Part shown: piece after piece, positions 39,432 to 50,413 of the stretch
Position numbering within the stretch: the first letter of the stretch is position 1
How the letters are laid out: each line of letters starts with the position of its first letter
Assembly: GCA_963799775.1 (NCBI GenBank)
Contig: CAWCYD010000003.1
Span: forward strand, 1,792,001 to 1,856,000
Length of the DNA stretch: 64,000 bases
Reading direction: 5' to 3'
DNA from: an uncultured archaeon
GTDB lineage: Archaea; Thermoproteota; Nitrososphaeria; Nitrososphaerales; Gagatemarchaeaceae
The notes under the pieces: generated by a model
Seen by the model: only the letters and a program-made list of their open reading frames with translations
Told to the model about the DNA's origin: nothing
Database searches by the model: none
Position numbers and translations under genes: made by a program

Positions 39432-39930
39432 CAGGCGTTGAAAACTCATTCTGCCAAAATGATATCATCGCGACCAGTGGCGGCACCAGCGAACGCACTT
39501 GCAATTAGTCAGGGCGCGGCTGTTGCTCTCGCCGAGGCCTCTACAATATTCGTACAACATACTGCAAACTCGAAAGTCAGCTTCAGTCCCTATTTCTCCA
39601 AAGTCGTCGGGCTCGGATGCTCGGTCCGTTCACAATCACAGTCGACGCGCAGATAACCTACCAACTCGTGAGCAATACCTGGCTAATGCACCAAGAGGTC
39701 TGGAATTTTGTCAGCTTCCATAGCCAGAACACGGGCGGCTGGCCCACTTTTCCCCCCAATGGCAAATCGTCGGCCCTCCGCTTCCGCAGCACTATTCTGA
39801 GAGCCCATTCAAGAACTGGGTCTACTTCGATGGGGGCGCTGCCGCAGCAACGCTTCTGGCAGGATACCTCGCGACGATCCCCATCTTCGTCTACATCAAG
39901 AAGCGAAAACGCGTTTAGTCGCCAATATGG

Positions 39931-40371
39931 TTACTTTAGTGACTTCAGTGTCTTGAGGGCTTCGTAAGCCGAGGTAACCACCGCCGCGGAAATGACAGCA
40001 AGTGCGAAGACGAACAGCGGGGAAATCGTCGCTGGTCGTAAGAAAATCAACATAACTAAGAGGGATGTGAGGAAGAACGCAATATAGGCTACCTGGGTAG
40101 GAATCGCGAGTCGTTTGAATCGGATTACGTTATCAAACACAACCCTGTCGATGATGTAACCTTCTTGCACCTCCTTAACCAGTCCGAGTTGGAGCAATTT
40201 CTTTACATGATACTGAGCAACCGAAATCGAACTCAAACCTAGGTCTCGTTGGATTTCCCCAGTCCGGATAGGCTCGCCCGCCTTGAATATGTAGCGATAT
40301 ACTCTAAGAGTCGTTCCCTTTAATGATTCGCGAGAATCCTCTGACTGAGACTCGAACTCCGTCATACTCAC
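39931..40371 (-). CDS. HTH regulator with two C-terminal TM helices
   Basis: LKGTTLRVYRYI...EIQRDLGLSSISVAQYHVKKLLQLGLV plus two TM helices. Confidence 0.8.
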   Translation of the reverse strand: MSMTEFESQSEDSRESLKGTTLRVYRYIFKAGEPIRTGEIQRDLGLSSISVAQYHVKKLLQLGLVKEVQEGYIIDRVVFDNVIRFKRLAIPTQVAYIAFFLTSLLVMLIFLRPATISPLFVFALAVISAAVVTSAYEALKTLKSLK

Positions 40372-40480
40372 GCAATTATCATTTGTCTTATATGCCTAAA
40401 CATTAGGTATGAGTTCGATTTACAACCTAAACAATAGGTAGATGCACTGGCCTTCGTCATACCACAACGGCGAGGACCAA

Positions 40481-41089
40481 ATGTCAGAATTTAGAAAGGA
40501 AATCGCGATAGGTGTCACGGTTGCGGTCGTAGTTGCCACAGCATTGGCCATTGCTTCAATCTCATCATTTTCTGGCCCATTAGGAGCCGCTTCCAGTAAT
40601 CCGAGTCAAACGTTGGTCGAGTCGCAGACTACGACATACATTTCACAATCACAATCATCCGTAACCATTTTCTCTAGTCAATCACTTTCCGGACCGCAAT
40701 ATCACCTGACATTCCAAGTTCTGGGAACATGCAATTCGAGCACAATATACTTGCCATGGGGCGTGACCATCTGGAATTCAACGATGAATAATCAGACCGA
40801 AAGCGTCCCAACAGGCACGCCTCTCGCAGAACTAGAGCAAGTTTCGGGGCTTCCGCCAGCGGCGGTCAATGGTTCAACGCAATCCACTACTACAATCACT
40901 GCGAGTTTCACCGGAAGCTCAGTAAGCAAACCGACCACCTTGCAAGACATGATAAACTTCACGCTCCCCGTAGGCACCTACTATTATCAGACGTATGGTC
41001 TGTCGATGGCGGAACACGGGACTGTGATTGTGAATGGAACATCGCAAGTCATTCAAATCCAACCACTCATACCGTGTTATAGCAAGTGA
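40481..41089 (+). CDS. Membrane-anchored Ser/Thr-rich protein
   Basis: N-terminal TM; LTF...PWGVT...INFTLPVGTYYY...GTVIVNG resembles thermopsin C-terminal-type repeats. Confidence 0.65.
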   Translation: MSEFRKEIAIGVTVAVVVATALAIASISSFSGPLGAASSNPSQTLVESQTTTYISQSQSSVTIFSSQSLSGPQYHLTFQVLGTCNSSTIYLPWGVTIWNSTMNNQTESVPTGTPLAELEQVSGLPPAAVNGSTQSTTTITASFTGSSVSKPTTLQDMINFTLPVGTYYYQTYGLSMAEHGTVIVNGTSQVIQIQPLIPCYSK

Positions 41090-41218
41090 TATTTTCAGGC
41101 TGCTTTGGCTTACTATGTAATTGAATTCTGTCTTCTAGACCTGTAATTTTTCCTTATAGTTGAAGCATGAACCGAAGTCCGCATAGAAATATATCATTAC
41201 AAACGCAAAAAGCTGCTG

Positions 41219-42430
41219 TTGCATCGCCCCATCGCAGCATCAATTCTTCTCGCTCTTTTCCTAACATTGCCATTAGGATTTGTGGCATCTGCTTCGACGG
41301 GGTCTTGGAACGGCCTGCCTACTTGGGCAAGGCTGCCTACGGTTCCACCTCCGATTGATGGTAAGCCGACTTGCTGGATTTTGAGTAACGGAGCATGGGT
41401 GGTTAATCCAGACGATTGCGTTCCCGTACCGCAAAATCTTATCCCCACTGAGGGAGGATTGCACCATCCCATTTACGGAGTCGACGATAATTTCATCGAA
41501 AGAGCCGCAACCTCAGTAGATGTGTCTCAATATAGCGGAGAATATGACAACCGTACAAATACGGCCGGAACCTACAGTGTTCAACTCAACACAAATATCT
41601 TTGTTGGCAATCTTTATGGGAGCAATGGGGATGAAGACTGGGACCAATTTGTTTTTCAAAATCAGCCCAATGTCCTCACTGACGAGTGTATAGTTCAGTG
41701 GGACTTATCGCAAAGCACATCACAACCTTTAGCTTATCCTGATAGCTACTGTCAGACGATTTCCCAGCAACTTCCGCTTGAAACTGCCTTCCAGGTGGTC
41801 GTGCAGGGATCTGCTACTAGTGGTTATCTTAGTGTCACTGTTTCTGCGCCGAGCTATACCCCGACTGCACTCTCGTTGACCGATGTTCTCGGTTTGGAGT
41901 ACGACAATTGGGGAACCACTTCAGGTACCATACTTGGCGCCGGGCTTTCGTCAACGGCTGATTTCTATTCTCCAGCCACGGTGTACACCGATGTTGGCAC
42001 TTATTCGAGCAACGAATACTATTCGCAACAGTCCGATACCAACACCGGTGAGATGAACAACCTGTATTACACATCTACGGGCCCTGCTGGTTGTGACACC
42101 AATTACGTCTGCTGGGAAGACACAGTGTCAAGCACTAGTTCGGGTGGTGGTTCGTTAAACCTGAATGTGAACTCGGTAAACTATAACACACAGTCTCCGA
42201 TTACTGGGTACTACACGCAACTTGACGATTCCAGCTATAATGAGCTTAGTTATGGTTATACGCCGACCACATACAGCGTGACCTACGGGAGTAACTATCT
42301 TGTTTATGCTGATGGCTATGGAAACTGCAACTTCTACCAGTGGTCTGATGGAAGCACATCGATGCCCCATCCTGTCACCCCGTATGGGGATACTACTCTC
42401 ACTGCGGAGTACACTGGCAGCAGTTGCTGA
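41219..42430 (+). CDS. Secreted protein, possibly protease-like, with C-terminal beta repeat domain
   Basis: Signal peptide; YSVQLNTN...WDQFVFQN; C-terminal YGNCNFYQWSDG...LTAEY. Confidence 0.65.
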   Translation: MHRPIAASILLALFLTLPLGFVASASTGSWNGLPTWARLPTVPPPIDGKPTCWILSNGAWVVNPDDCVPVPQNLIPTEGGLHHPIYGVDDNFIERAATSVDVSQYSGEYDNRTNTAGTYSVQLNTNIFVGNLYGSNGDEDWDQFVFQNQPNVLTDECIVQWDLSQSTSQPLAYPDSYCQTISQQLPLETAFQVVVQGSATSGYLSVTVSAPSYTPTALSLTDVLGLEYDNWGTTSGTILGAGLSSTADFYSPATVYTDVGTYSSNEYYSQQSDTNTGEMNNLYYTSTGPAGCDTNYVCWEDTVSSTSSGGGSLNLNVNSVNYNTQSPITGYYTQLDDSSYNELSYGYTPTTYSVTYGSNYLVYADGYGNCNFYQWSDGSTSMPHPVTPYGDTTLTAEYTGSSC

Positions 42431-42601
42431 GTATCCTCGCGGCTCCGCCCAAGACTCACTGGTAGGGTCAAGAAGAGACGGACTGTCTCCTCGGACTCTA
42501 TTCTCGAGGCTCAGAATCGGCTTGCAAATCGCACTATCCACAGATTCCCTGTTGGCCCAAAGATAATATCAATCCAATCTCGCAAGGTCCTCGTCACCGC
42601 C

Positions 42602-43408
42602 TTGGAGAAGCGCGAACTGGGCAAGACAAGGGAGAAGGTGCCCGTGATCGGCATGGGGACATGGGAGGTGGGCGACTCACGAGGTGAGGGACGCGCACTC
42701 GAAATCCAGGCCGTCAGGAGAGGAATCGAACTCGGGATGGGGCTCATAGACACCGCCGAGATGTACGGCTATGGGAATGCAGAGAAGCTGGTGGGAGAAG
42801 CAATCAAGGACGTCAGAGACGAGGTCTTCATCGCGACGAAGATATCAGCCGACCACTTCCAGTATGAGGCCGTCCTGAAGGCCTGTGACGCGAGCCTAGC
42901 GCGACTGGGCGTGAAGCAGATTGACCTCTACATGCTGCATTGGCCCAACAGTCGCATCCCAATCAGCGAGACCATGAAGGCGATGGAGGAGCTGGTGTCG
43001 CGGGGAAAGATTCGCTATATCGGGGTGAGCAATTTCTCTGTGGCGCAGGTCGAGCAAGCGAGGGAGGCGCTTCCAAGGTCGGAGCTGGTCTCAAACGAGG
43101 TGCGATACAGCATAACGCACCGCTCAATAGAGTCCGAACTTCTTCCCTTCTGCGAGAAGGAGAAAATTACGGTCATCGCCTACAGCCCGCTGGACACTGG
43201 AAGGATGAGCAGCAAGATTCCGAAGGCCCTCCTCGAAAAGTACGGGATGACGCCTGCCCAATTGATGCTGAACTGGGTAACCTACGGGGAGGATGTGATC
43301 GCGATACCCAAAGCCTCGAACATCAAGCACATCGAGGAGAACGCAGCAGCGCTCGAGCCGAGGCTCTCGCCCGACGATTACAAGACCCTGTCCAGGATAT
43401 TCGACTAA
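42602..43408 (+). CDS. Aldo/keto reductase
   Basis: IGMGTW, IDTAEMYG, DLYMLHWP, IGVSNF, AYSPL, IPKAS. Confidence 0.95.
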   Translation: MEKRELGKTREKVPVIGMGTWEVGDSRGEGRALEIQAVRRGIELGMGLIDTAEMYGYGNAEKLVGEAIKDVRDEVFIATKISADHFQYEAVLKACDASLARLGVKQIDLYMLHWPNSRIPISETMKAMEELVSRGKIRYIGVSNFSVAQVEQAREALPRSELVSNEVRYSITHRSIESELLPFCEKEKITVIAYSPLDTGRMSSKIPKALLEKYGMTPAQLMLNWVTYGEDVIAIPKASNIKHIEENAAALEPRLSPDDYKTLSRIFD

Positions 43409-43411
43409 TCT

Positions 43412-45836
43412 CTAGTTTTTGGAGGCCCGGACCGCCTTGTGCGGCTTTTGGATGTGGTGCATCCTCTCCAGGTCGGGGAGATAGGGCCTCAGCTTGGTGG
43501 GCACCTTGGCTTCGATCGGTTCCCTGAGGCTCACTCCCTTGTCCCGCTTGGCCTTCCAGATCTTCTCGTCGAACTCGATGATCGCTGGCCCGATGCCCTT
43601 CGCTGCCTTACGTTTGTCGGGCTTGGGGAACGTCTCGAGGTGAATCGTGTGCTGCCCGTACAGCCTCCTCCAGATGTGGTCTGTGATGTGCGGCGTGATC
43701 GGGGCTACCAACAGCAAGACGGATTTCATCACGTGGTGGAGCGTGAACCTCGCCGCGTCGCGGTCATCCTTGGAGACCCCGTCCCCGTAGGCCCGCCCCT
43801 TGACCATCTCGATGTAGTGCGCCGCGAAGACGTTCCAGACGAACTCCCGTATCTTCGTCGCCGGCACGAACCCGTTTCCATCCTCGTAACCCGCAACACA
43901 CTCTCGTATCAACACGTTCAGTTCCGAGATGATCCAGACGTCGGTCGGCGTCAGCTTCGCCCTCTTCGGCTCCTGGAACGTCGCGATGAAGCGGCCCGTG
44001 TTCCAGAGCTTGGTGAGGAACTTGCCCGCCCCGGCCACCCTGTCCTCTGACAGCCTAAAGTCGTAACCGAGGTTCGCCTCGGCCGCGCCCCAGAATCGGA
44101 AGGTGTCCGTCCCGTACTTCTGCAGGAGCGGCTCCGGGTCCATGAAGTTCCCGAGGCTCTTGCGCATGGCCCTCCCCTGGGCGTCCTGCCCGAGGCCTCC
44201 GACCCACGCGTCGCTGAAGGGAGCCTTTCCCGTCAATAGGTAGCACCTGAGCAGCGAGTAATACAGCCAGGTCCTGACGATGTCCTTGCCTTGGAGCCTG
44301 AGCGTCGTGGGATAGGTCAGTTTGTGGAACTTTGGGTTCTTCGTGATTTTGGTAATGTAGAGCGCGGAGATGCTCGAGTCCATCCAGGTGTCGAACGTGC
44401 GGGCCTCTCCCACGAACCTCGTGTTGGCACACTTCACGCACTTTTTGAACGGGGCGGGGTCCCTTCCACGGCCTGTAATACTTCCCGGGCTTTGGCAGGT
44501 GCGGCGTCCCACATTTCCCGCAATACCAGATCGGAATCTCCGTGGCATAGTAGCGCCGCCGTGAGATGGGATAGTCCGTGGTGAGCGAGTTCATCCAGTC
44601 GAGTAGGATCTGCCTGTGCATCGGCGGGTGGAACTTGATCTGCTTCGCGAGCTTCTTCAGCGTGGGCACGAACTGGAGCTGCTTGAGGTAGAACTCCTCC
44701 ATCGGGATTATCTCGATGGGGGTGTGGCTCCTCTCGCACAGCGGCGTGCGGTGCTGCACCTGCTCGACCTTGACCGCTATCTTGGAGTCCTGGAGGTGCC
44801 TGAATTATCTGGGAGCGGGCGTCCTTCACCGCCATGGCGACATACTTCCCTGTCACGGCTGTCATCTTCCCCTCTATGTCGATTGCCTGGACCTCCTTGA
44901 GGCCGAACTGCCTGAATAGCTGGACGTCGTTGTAGTCGCCGTAGCTGCAGACCATCAGGACGCCGGTCCCGAAGGTCGGGTCGACGCTCTTGTGCGTCTT
45001 TATCGGGCACCTCGATGCCGTATACTGGGACCACGGCGGTCTTCCCCACGACGTCCTTGTATCGCTCGTCAGCCGGGTTCACCACTACGAGTTGGCACGC
45101 CGCGAGCAGCTCGGGCCTCGTGGTCGCGACCTCGATCTCGGCCCCGGTCTCCTTGACCTTGAACCTGTTCGTGACCAGGTATGTCGGGAGGTTCATCGTA
45201 TTCTATCTCGGCGTCGGCTATCGTGGTCCCGCAGTCCGTGCAGTAGTTGTTGGGCCTCGTCGCGATGTGGACCAGGCCTTTGTTCCAGAGCTCGATGAAC
45301 GACCACTGGGTGAGCGTCCTGTACTCCTCAGAGTCGGTCCTGTACTTTTCCTTGAAGTCGCCCGATATCCCGAGCCTCTTCATGAGGTCCACCATGTATT
45401 GCTCGATGTCGTCGAGCGCGTGCTTGCACAGGCCGATGAACTCGTCCCTGGGAGTCTTCCGCATCTGGATCCTGTACTTGCGCTCGGTGGCGATCTCCAC
45501 CGGCAGCCCGTTCCTGTCGATCCCCACGGGATAGAGGACGCTCAGCCCCCTCATCCTCGCCGCCCTCGCGACCATGTCTATCTGCGCGTACTGGGTGAGC
45601 GCCCCGGGGTGCCACGGTCTCCCTGAGGGGTAGGGAGGCGGCGTGTCCATCACAAAGTTGCGTTTCTTGTTGCTATTCGGTCTGAATATGAAGATATCTT
45701 GAAGGCTCCAGATTCTGCGAATCTCTTCTTCGAGCAGAGGGTTCCAACTGGTCGACTCTAGCTTGTTGGGTAGGGCTGCTGTCGCGGGAGCTGCTTCCCG
45801 CCTCGGCTCCCCCTGGGTCTCCAAAACTCCGTTCAC
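43412..45836 (-). CDS. valS: Valyl-tRNA synthetase, split by about four frameshifts
   Basis: DTPPPYPSGRPWHPG, ATTRPELL, MVCSYGD, ISRRRYYATEIP, FDTWMDSS, QGKDIVRTW, MRKSLGN across five ORFs. Confidence 0.9.
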
Positions 45837-45919
45837 TCCACACCCAGAGGGTATTTAGGTTGAACAAACGTCCACTCCAGACACAGCGCACTATCTACGC
45901 GAGATGCGAGGGTTTCCCT

Positions 45920-46723
45920 CTATCGCTTTTGGGTGTAGACCCCGTTGGTCTTCACGTATCTCACATCTGAAAGGGGCGGCTTTGAGTAGAAGCTCTCGTC
46001 GACCACACCCGCCGTCTTGAACGCCAAGGCCCTCCTTCGGCAATTTGAGCACCAGCCGCAATGGACCGGGTATTTCTTCCCGGCGATCGTCTTGAAGCTG
46101 TGGCCGGTGTAGCAGGAGTAGGTGTAGCGCCATGGGACGCCGAGCTCGTCTCCCAGCTTCACGAGCTTGTCCTTGTCGTAGGTGATCAGCGGCGCCAGAA
46201 GCTTGTAGCCCCCATGATGGGTCGCCTGCTCGCCTAGCCTGTTGATCTCCTCGAGGAACTCCGGAGTGTTGTCCTTCATGGCCACAGGCGTCTCCCTCCT
46301 TATCCCGATGTAGACGTCGAACCTCTCCTTCGTCGAGATGAAGAAAGACTCTGCGTGCGCGAGGCCTGTGAGGAGGAGCAGGGCGTTCCTGCATGGGCCC
46401 CACCACTTTAGAATCCTGTCGCGGGCCTTCTTCGAGTCCCAGAGGTCCTCGGGCCTGGTCTCGGGAACCGGCTTCTCCGCGTGAGTGAGCAGCGAGGTGC
46501 TAATCCCGCCGAGCCACCTCATCTCGATGAGCTTGAGAGGGACGCCCAGGTCCTTTGCGACGTGTTTGATGCAGAACTCCTCGTAGGTGTATGCCCTCTG
46601 CCCATAGTCGCAGAATATCAGGACCTGGTGCTCCGGTTTGATGACCTTCTTGACGTAGTACGCGAGGGGGACCGAGTCTGCTCCCCCCGAGATCATGCAG
46701 ATAGCGCTCCTGTTCTTGCCCAA
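45920..46723 (-). CDS. queC: 7-cyano-7-deazaguanine (preQ0) synthase
   Basis: SGGADS, DYGQR, RN, TYSCY...CGWCSNCRRR. Confidence 0.88.
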   Translation of the reverse strand: MGKNRSAICMISGGADSVPLAYYVKKVIKPEHQVLIFCDYGQRAYTYEEFCIKHVAKDLGVPLKLIEMRWLGGISTSLLTHAEKPVPETRPEDLWDSKKARDRILKWWGPCRNALLLLTGLAHAESFFISTKERFDVYIGIRRETPVAMKDNTPEFLEEINRLGEQATHHGGYKLLAPLITYDKDKLVKLGDELGVPWRYTYSCYTGHSFKTIAGKKYPVHCGWCSNCRRRALAFKTAGVVDESFYSKPPLSDVRYVKTNGVYTQKR

Positions 46724-46755
46724 ACTTTCAGCTCCCTCTTCGAACGAAGTTCATA

Positions 46756-47262
46756 TCAGTTCGGGAACCTTCTTTGCAGCACGCCGAGCCTCTTGACTGC
46801 CTTGTAGAAGACGTAGCCCAGGACCGCCGTCGCTATGAAGACCCCGAGAGTCACTTGCGGTATCTCCACTGACAGTGGGAGCTTGAACGCGTAATTGAGC
46901 GCGTAGCTCACCGTTATCCCAAGTGCGATGGAGTAGAGCGCCAGCCCGAGGAAGACGCTCTTGCTGCGAAGTTTCCACAACACCAAGGAGAACACGAAGG
47001 ACGGAATCACGTTGAGCAGGTCGATAGGCCCTAGCGGGTCGCCTAGCGCCGGCTGGTTGGCGATGAAGACGCCGAGCGCCTGCCCGATCACCGCGGGCCA
47101 CCCTATGAGGGGGACCAGGCCGATGAGGATGTTCGCCACGCGCAAGTTGATGACGCCGTAGCTGATCGGGTTGAAGAGAAGCGCGAGCACGACATAGAGC
47201 GCCGCATAGACGGCTGCCGTCGCTATCAGGACGCTCCTTCTGGGGCTTCTCGTTGTATTCGT
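46756..47262 (-). CDS. queT: QueT family transporter (start uncertain, possibly non-canonical)
   Basis: SVLIATAAVYAALYVVLALLFNPISYGVINLRVAN...GVFIAN...LGPIDL; conserved N-terminus lies upstream of the first GTG (47190). Confidence 0.8.
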   Translation of the reverse strand, partial: TNTTRSPRRSVLIATAAVYAALYVVLALLFNPISYGVINLRVANILIGLVPLIGWPAVIGQALGVFIANQPALGDPLGPIDLLNVIPSFVFSLVLWKLRSKSVFLGLALYSIALGITVSYALNYAFKLPLSVEIPQVTLGVFIATAVLGYVFYKAVKRLGVLQRRFPN

Positions 47263-47442
47263 TGTTTCTCTCTCCTCCGACCCGGGGTTTCTAGAGGCGG
47301 AACGGGGGGAGGCCCACTCACCCGCCTACCGCGGCCTGAAGTCGTGATTGTTATAACGCTTCTCAGGAATGTCTCGGGTTCATCCTCTCCTGGCTGCGAG
47401 CAAATCAGAATGATTTTATGGTACCCAAGTACCAGAGTACCC

Positions 47443-47694
47443 ATGCCCCAGCTGAAGTTCGTGGTAGAGGATCAGCTTCTCAAGAAGTTCAAGCAGATAG
47501 TGATCAAGAAGCACGGCAAGATTGACCTTGCCCCAGAGGGCGAGGAAGCAATCAGATTATACATCAAGAAGTATGAAGACTTGGAACAAGCTCAAGAAGA
47601 AAACGACACGCTCCTCGCTGCCATAGGCGCGTTGCGCACGGGCAAGACCAGGAGCGCGCTTAGAGATCTGAGGGAGCTGGAGTCGAATCCTTGA
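47443..47694 (+). CDS. Putative antitoxin (VapB-like)
   Basis: Small RHH-like protein overlapping the start of the PIN gene. Confidence 0.6.
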   Translation: MPQLKFVVEDQLLKKFKQIVIKKHGKIDLAPEGEEAIRLYIKKYEDLEQAQEENDTLLAAIGALRTGKTRSALRDLRELESNP

Positions 47695-48098
47695 TCTTCG
47701 TGGACACGACAATCTGGGCATCCGCAATCGATGCCTCCGACTCGCTCCACGAGGATGGCGCTGCTGTGCTGAAGGCATTGGCCGAGGGCCAGCTCGGTGC
47801 CGCTTTGACCACCGACTTTGTCCTAGATGAAACCTTGACACTTCTAAAGGCAAGAGGCGGACGAGCGGGCACAATCGTCAAAGCAATCTCCAACATTATC
47901 TCGTCCCCAAGCCTCAACATTTCGTATGTAGACGAAGTCCTCTTCAACACAGCACTCTCAACGTATGAGAAGTATGAGCGGCTTAGCTTCACTGACGCAG
48001 TCACACTCACGATCATGCAACGAAAGAAGGTCAAAGAGATATTTTCTCATGATGACCACTTTGACATCAAAGGAATCATCAGGAAGGAAAGACCCTGA
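47691..48098 (+). CDS. vapC: PIN-domain toxin (VapC)
   Basis: MIFVDTT, VLDETL, LSFTDA, IFSHDDHF. Confidence 0.9.
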   Translation: MIFVDTTIWASAIDASDSLHEDGAAVLKALAEGQLGAALTTDFVLDETLTLLKARGGRAGTIVKAISNIISSPSLNISYVDEVLFNTALSTYEKYERLSFTDAVTLTIMQRKKVKEIFSHDDHFDIKGIIRKERP

Positions 48099-48273
48099 AG
48101 AGTCTCTCGAGACAGGCAATCATTTAGTCGTTCGACCGCTAATCACAGACGATGTGTTTCCTTCAAGGACGGGGCCTGCCAGAAGCATTCTGTCGAAGTG
48201 ACGCACTACCAAGTGTGCGATGACTGGCAGAGGAATGCGAGCCTACCGACCGAGATAGTCTAGGGAGCCGCGA

Positions 48274-48588
48274 CTAGGATCCGGCTGCATTGCCTGCGGA
48301 GCTCGAGCTGCTCCCACCCTTCCCAGTCAACTGAGGCAGGGCTGAAGCGCCCAACAGGATAGCCACCACGCCGCTCCAATCCAAGAAGATGCCGCCTAGG
48401 TCCGAAGACTTCCAACTAATCGAAGGGACGAAGAATGGGACGGCAATGATCAGAAGCAACCCCCCGACCGCATATGCCAAGAGCACGCCCACCTCCTGTA
48501 GCGAGAGGCTAAACGACAAGCCCTGGGTTATGGGCAAGCTCTTCTGAAGGGCGGCTGCGCTCGCTAGAACCATGCCATAGGCGGCCAT
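48274..48588 (-). CDS. Small membrane protein
   Basis: Hydrophobic helices; may be joined to 48509-48730 by a frameshift. Confidence 0.45.
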   Translation of the reverse strand: MAAYGMVLASAAALQKSLPITQGLSFSLSLQEVGVLLAYAVGGLLLIIAVPFFVPSISWKSSDLGGIFLDWSGVVAILLGASALPQLTGKGGSSSSSAGNAAGS

Positions 48589-49657
48589 GGACCTTGTCGT
48601 TGGCTTGGTCCCCCTTCAGAGCCTCTGCCTTCAGGGCAGTGCTGACAGACTCCACTATGGCGTCTAACTCGTCTTGTGACTTGACGACGATCTTCGTGGT
48701 TTGCTTGACGCTCTGCATCCGGAATGGCAATTGCTTCCCGACTCTTCTCGGCGACTTCGAACCGGGTTGGAAAAGAAAAAGTTCGGGGAGCGAGGTTTCC
48801 GCTTACCCCGCGCCCGCGCCGCCGGCTACTTCGGCGAGGGGCGACAAGTGGATGCCGAATGCCGCAGCCACAGCCGCCGCGCCCGCCATTGCCATCATTC
48901 CGTACCGAATCTTCTGATCGAGGGTCATTGTAGGTCACTGGGATGCATAGCTGTTCTCAAAGTCTTCAAGCTACTGCGAAAGAGAGGATTCGACCCTTTC
49001 ATCTGGCAACTTGCGCTTTCGCACAGGAATAGCGGGCACATTCACATAGCGATTGTAACCGACTGGAACGACTACCGATACATTTGTGGATGCTGTAAGG
49101 AGGCACAGAAGCCAATTCGCAACAAGAGAGGAGGCGGGTCGATGTTTAGGGTTTGCAATTGCAGAGATTGTGTCGCTTGCGACCCAGACATTCGGATAGA
49201 CATGGAACAAATCACGCGGGCACGATAAGCCACCCACGCTGAAACACCTCGAGAGAACAGGCCTTACCACCCAGAGACGAGATAATGTCTGAGGCAGAAG
49301 CTAAAGGACTAAGTAGTTCTTGACGATGAAACCATCAGGATGAGTCTAGCCGACCGCATGAGTGAAGAATTCATCAATAGGGTTCAATCCCTTGTGGTGG
49401 ACAATATCGCCCAAGCCGTCCTGACTCTCATCATGGGATGTCTAGCGGTATCGCTATTCATAATCGCTGGCCTTCTCCAGTTCGCATCAGACCTCGATAG
49501 AATTGGAAGGGCTCGAAGCCCGACAGGTTTCGCCTTATCATCCTTGGACTCGTTCCTAGATTACCTCGGACTCAGGTAGCTCTGTCGCTTCGCACAACGA
49601 AGTTAACATAATCCAGGGCGCGCGTCGTTTATTATTCGGGCCGGGGTCTGGGCCTGA

Positions 49658-49924
49658 TTGGCGAAGAGGAGAGAAGAGCTCATCATCTACGTCGATATCC
49701 TCACCGCCGTCCTCGATGGTCCAAAGCTGCGGACCAGGCTGGCGCAGACATGCAACCTGAGCTACGACAACTTCGTCAAGTACGCCAGCAAGCTCGAGTC
49801 GAGCAAGCTGGTCGAGAGGAAGCAGGAGGAGGGGCACGACCTCTATGCCATCACGCCGGAGGGGTTGAAGTTCCAGGATGAGTTCAGGAAGAACCTGCTG
49901 AGGCTGAAACTGAGCGAGCTCTAG
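49658..49924 (+). CDS. Archaeal winged-helix regulator
   Basis: RREELIIYVDIL...TRLAQTCNLSY...YAITPEG. Confidence 0.85.
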   Translation: MAKRREELIIYVDILTAVLDGPKLRTRLAQTCNLSYDNFVKYASKLESSKLVERKQEEGHDLYAITPEGLKFQDEFRKNLLRLKLSEL

Positions 49925-49972
49925 GCGGGACTCATCTCTGATGAGCAACGGTTTTATCCCTCAGAAGCAATT

Positions 49973-50371
49973 TTGTTGCAATCTTCTCTCATGGCCGCCT
50001 CTGCCTCGCCGAACGAGGACAAGTCTCTGGGCGTGATGGTAATCGACGCGCACGAGGAGCTCATCCAGCAACTCGAGGCCGGTCAGGCGAAGATAAGGCT
50101 CCTCTCGATGATAACCCTCATCGTGGCATCGCTGCTCCTGGCGTCTTACGCATACCAGATTGTCCTGCCGCTCTCCTCTCCCGCGAGCAGGTACCAGACG
50201 GTGGACCTGCTAAGCCCCACCCTGATAGCCACGGAGGTCGTCCTGATAGTGCTCGGCGGGGCATGGTTCTTTGTGGGCGTCGTCAACTACCTCTTCTCCG
50301 CGCGTCTGAACAAGCGGATTCGCGAGATCAGATCGTTCGAGAAGGAGCTCCTTGAGAGGGTGAAAGGCTGA
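49973..50371 (+). CDS. Two-TM membrane protein
   Basis: Two hydrophobic helices, host-like codons. Confidence 0.65.
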   Translation: MLQSSLMAASASPNEDKSLGVMVIDAHEELIQQLEAGQAKIRLLSMITLIVASLLLASYAYQIVLPLSSPASRYQTVDLLSPTLIATEVVLIVLGGAWFFVGVVNYLFSARLNKRIREIRSFEKELLERVKG

Positions 50372-50413
50372 GGGCTCAGAGAGTCAGAATTCAGCCAGTC
50401 CTCTGAATCATTC

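Noticed and set aside
36690-39930. CRISPR array or cas operon around cas1
   Set aside because: No repeat-spacer periodicity and no cas2 or effector genes seen here or elsewhere in the window.
39438-39930. Intact gene downstream of cas1
   Set aside because: Only short fragments in different frames; probably a decayed exported-protein gene.
34800-42500. Canonical casposon
   Set aside because: No family B polymerase, and no terminal inverted repeats or target duplication could be found by eye.
43412-45836. Programmed frameshifting or a split valS
   Set aside because: Several breaks with no shared slippery motif, and similar indels occur across the window.
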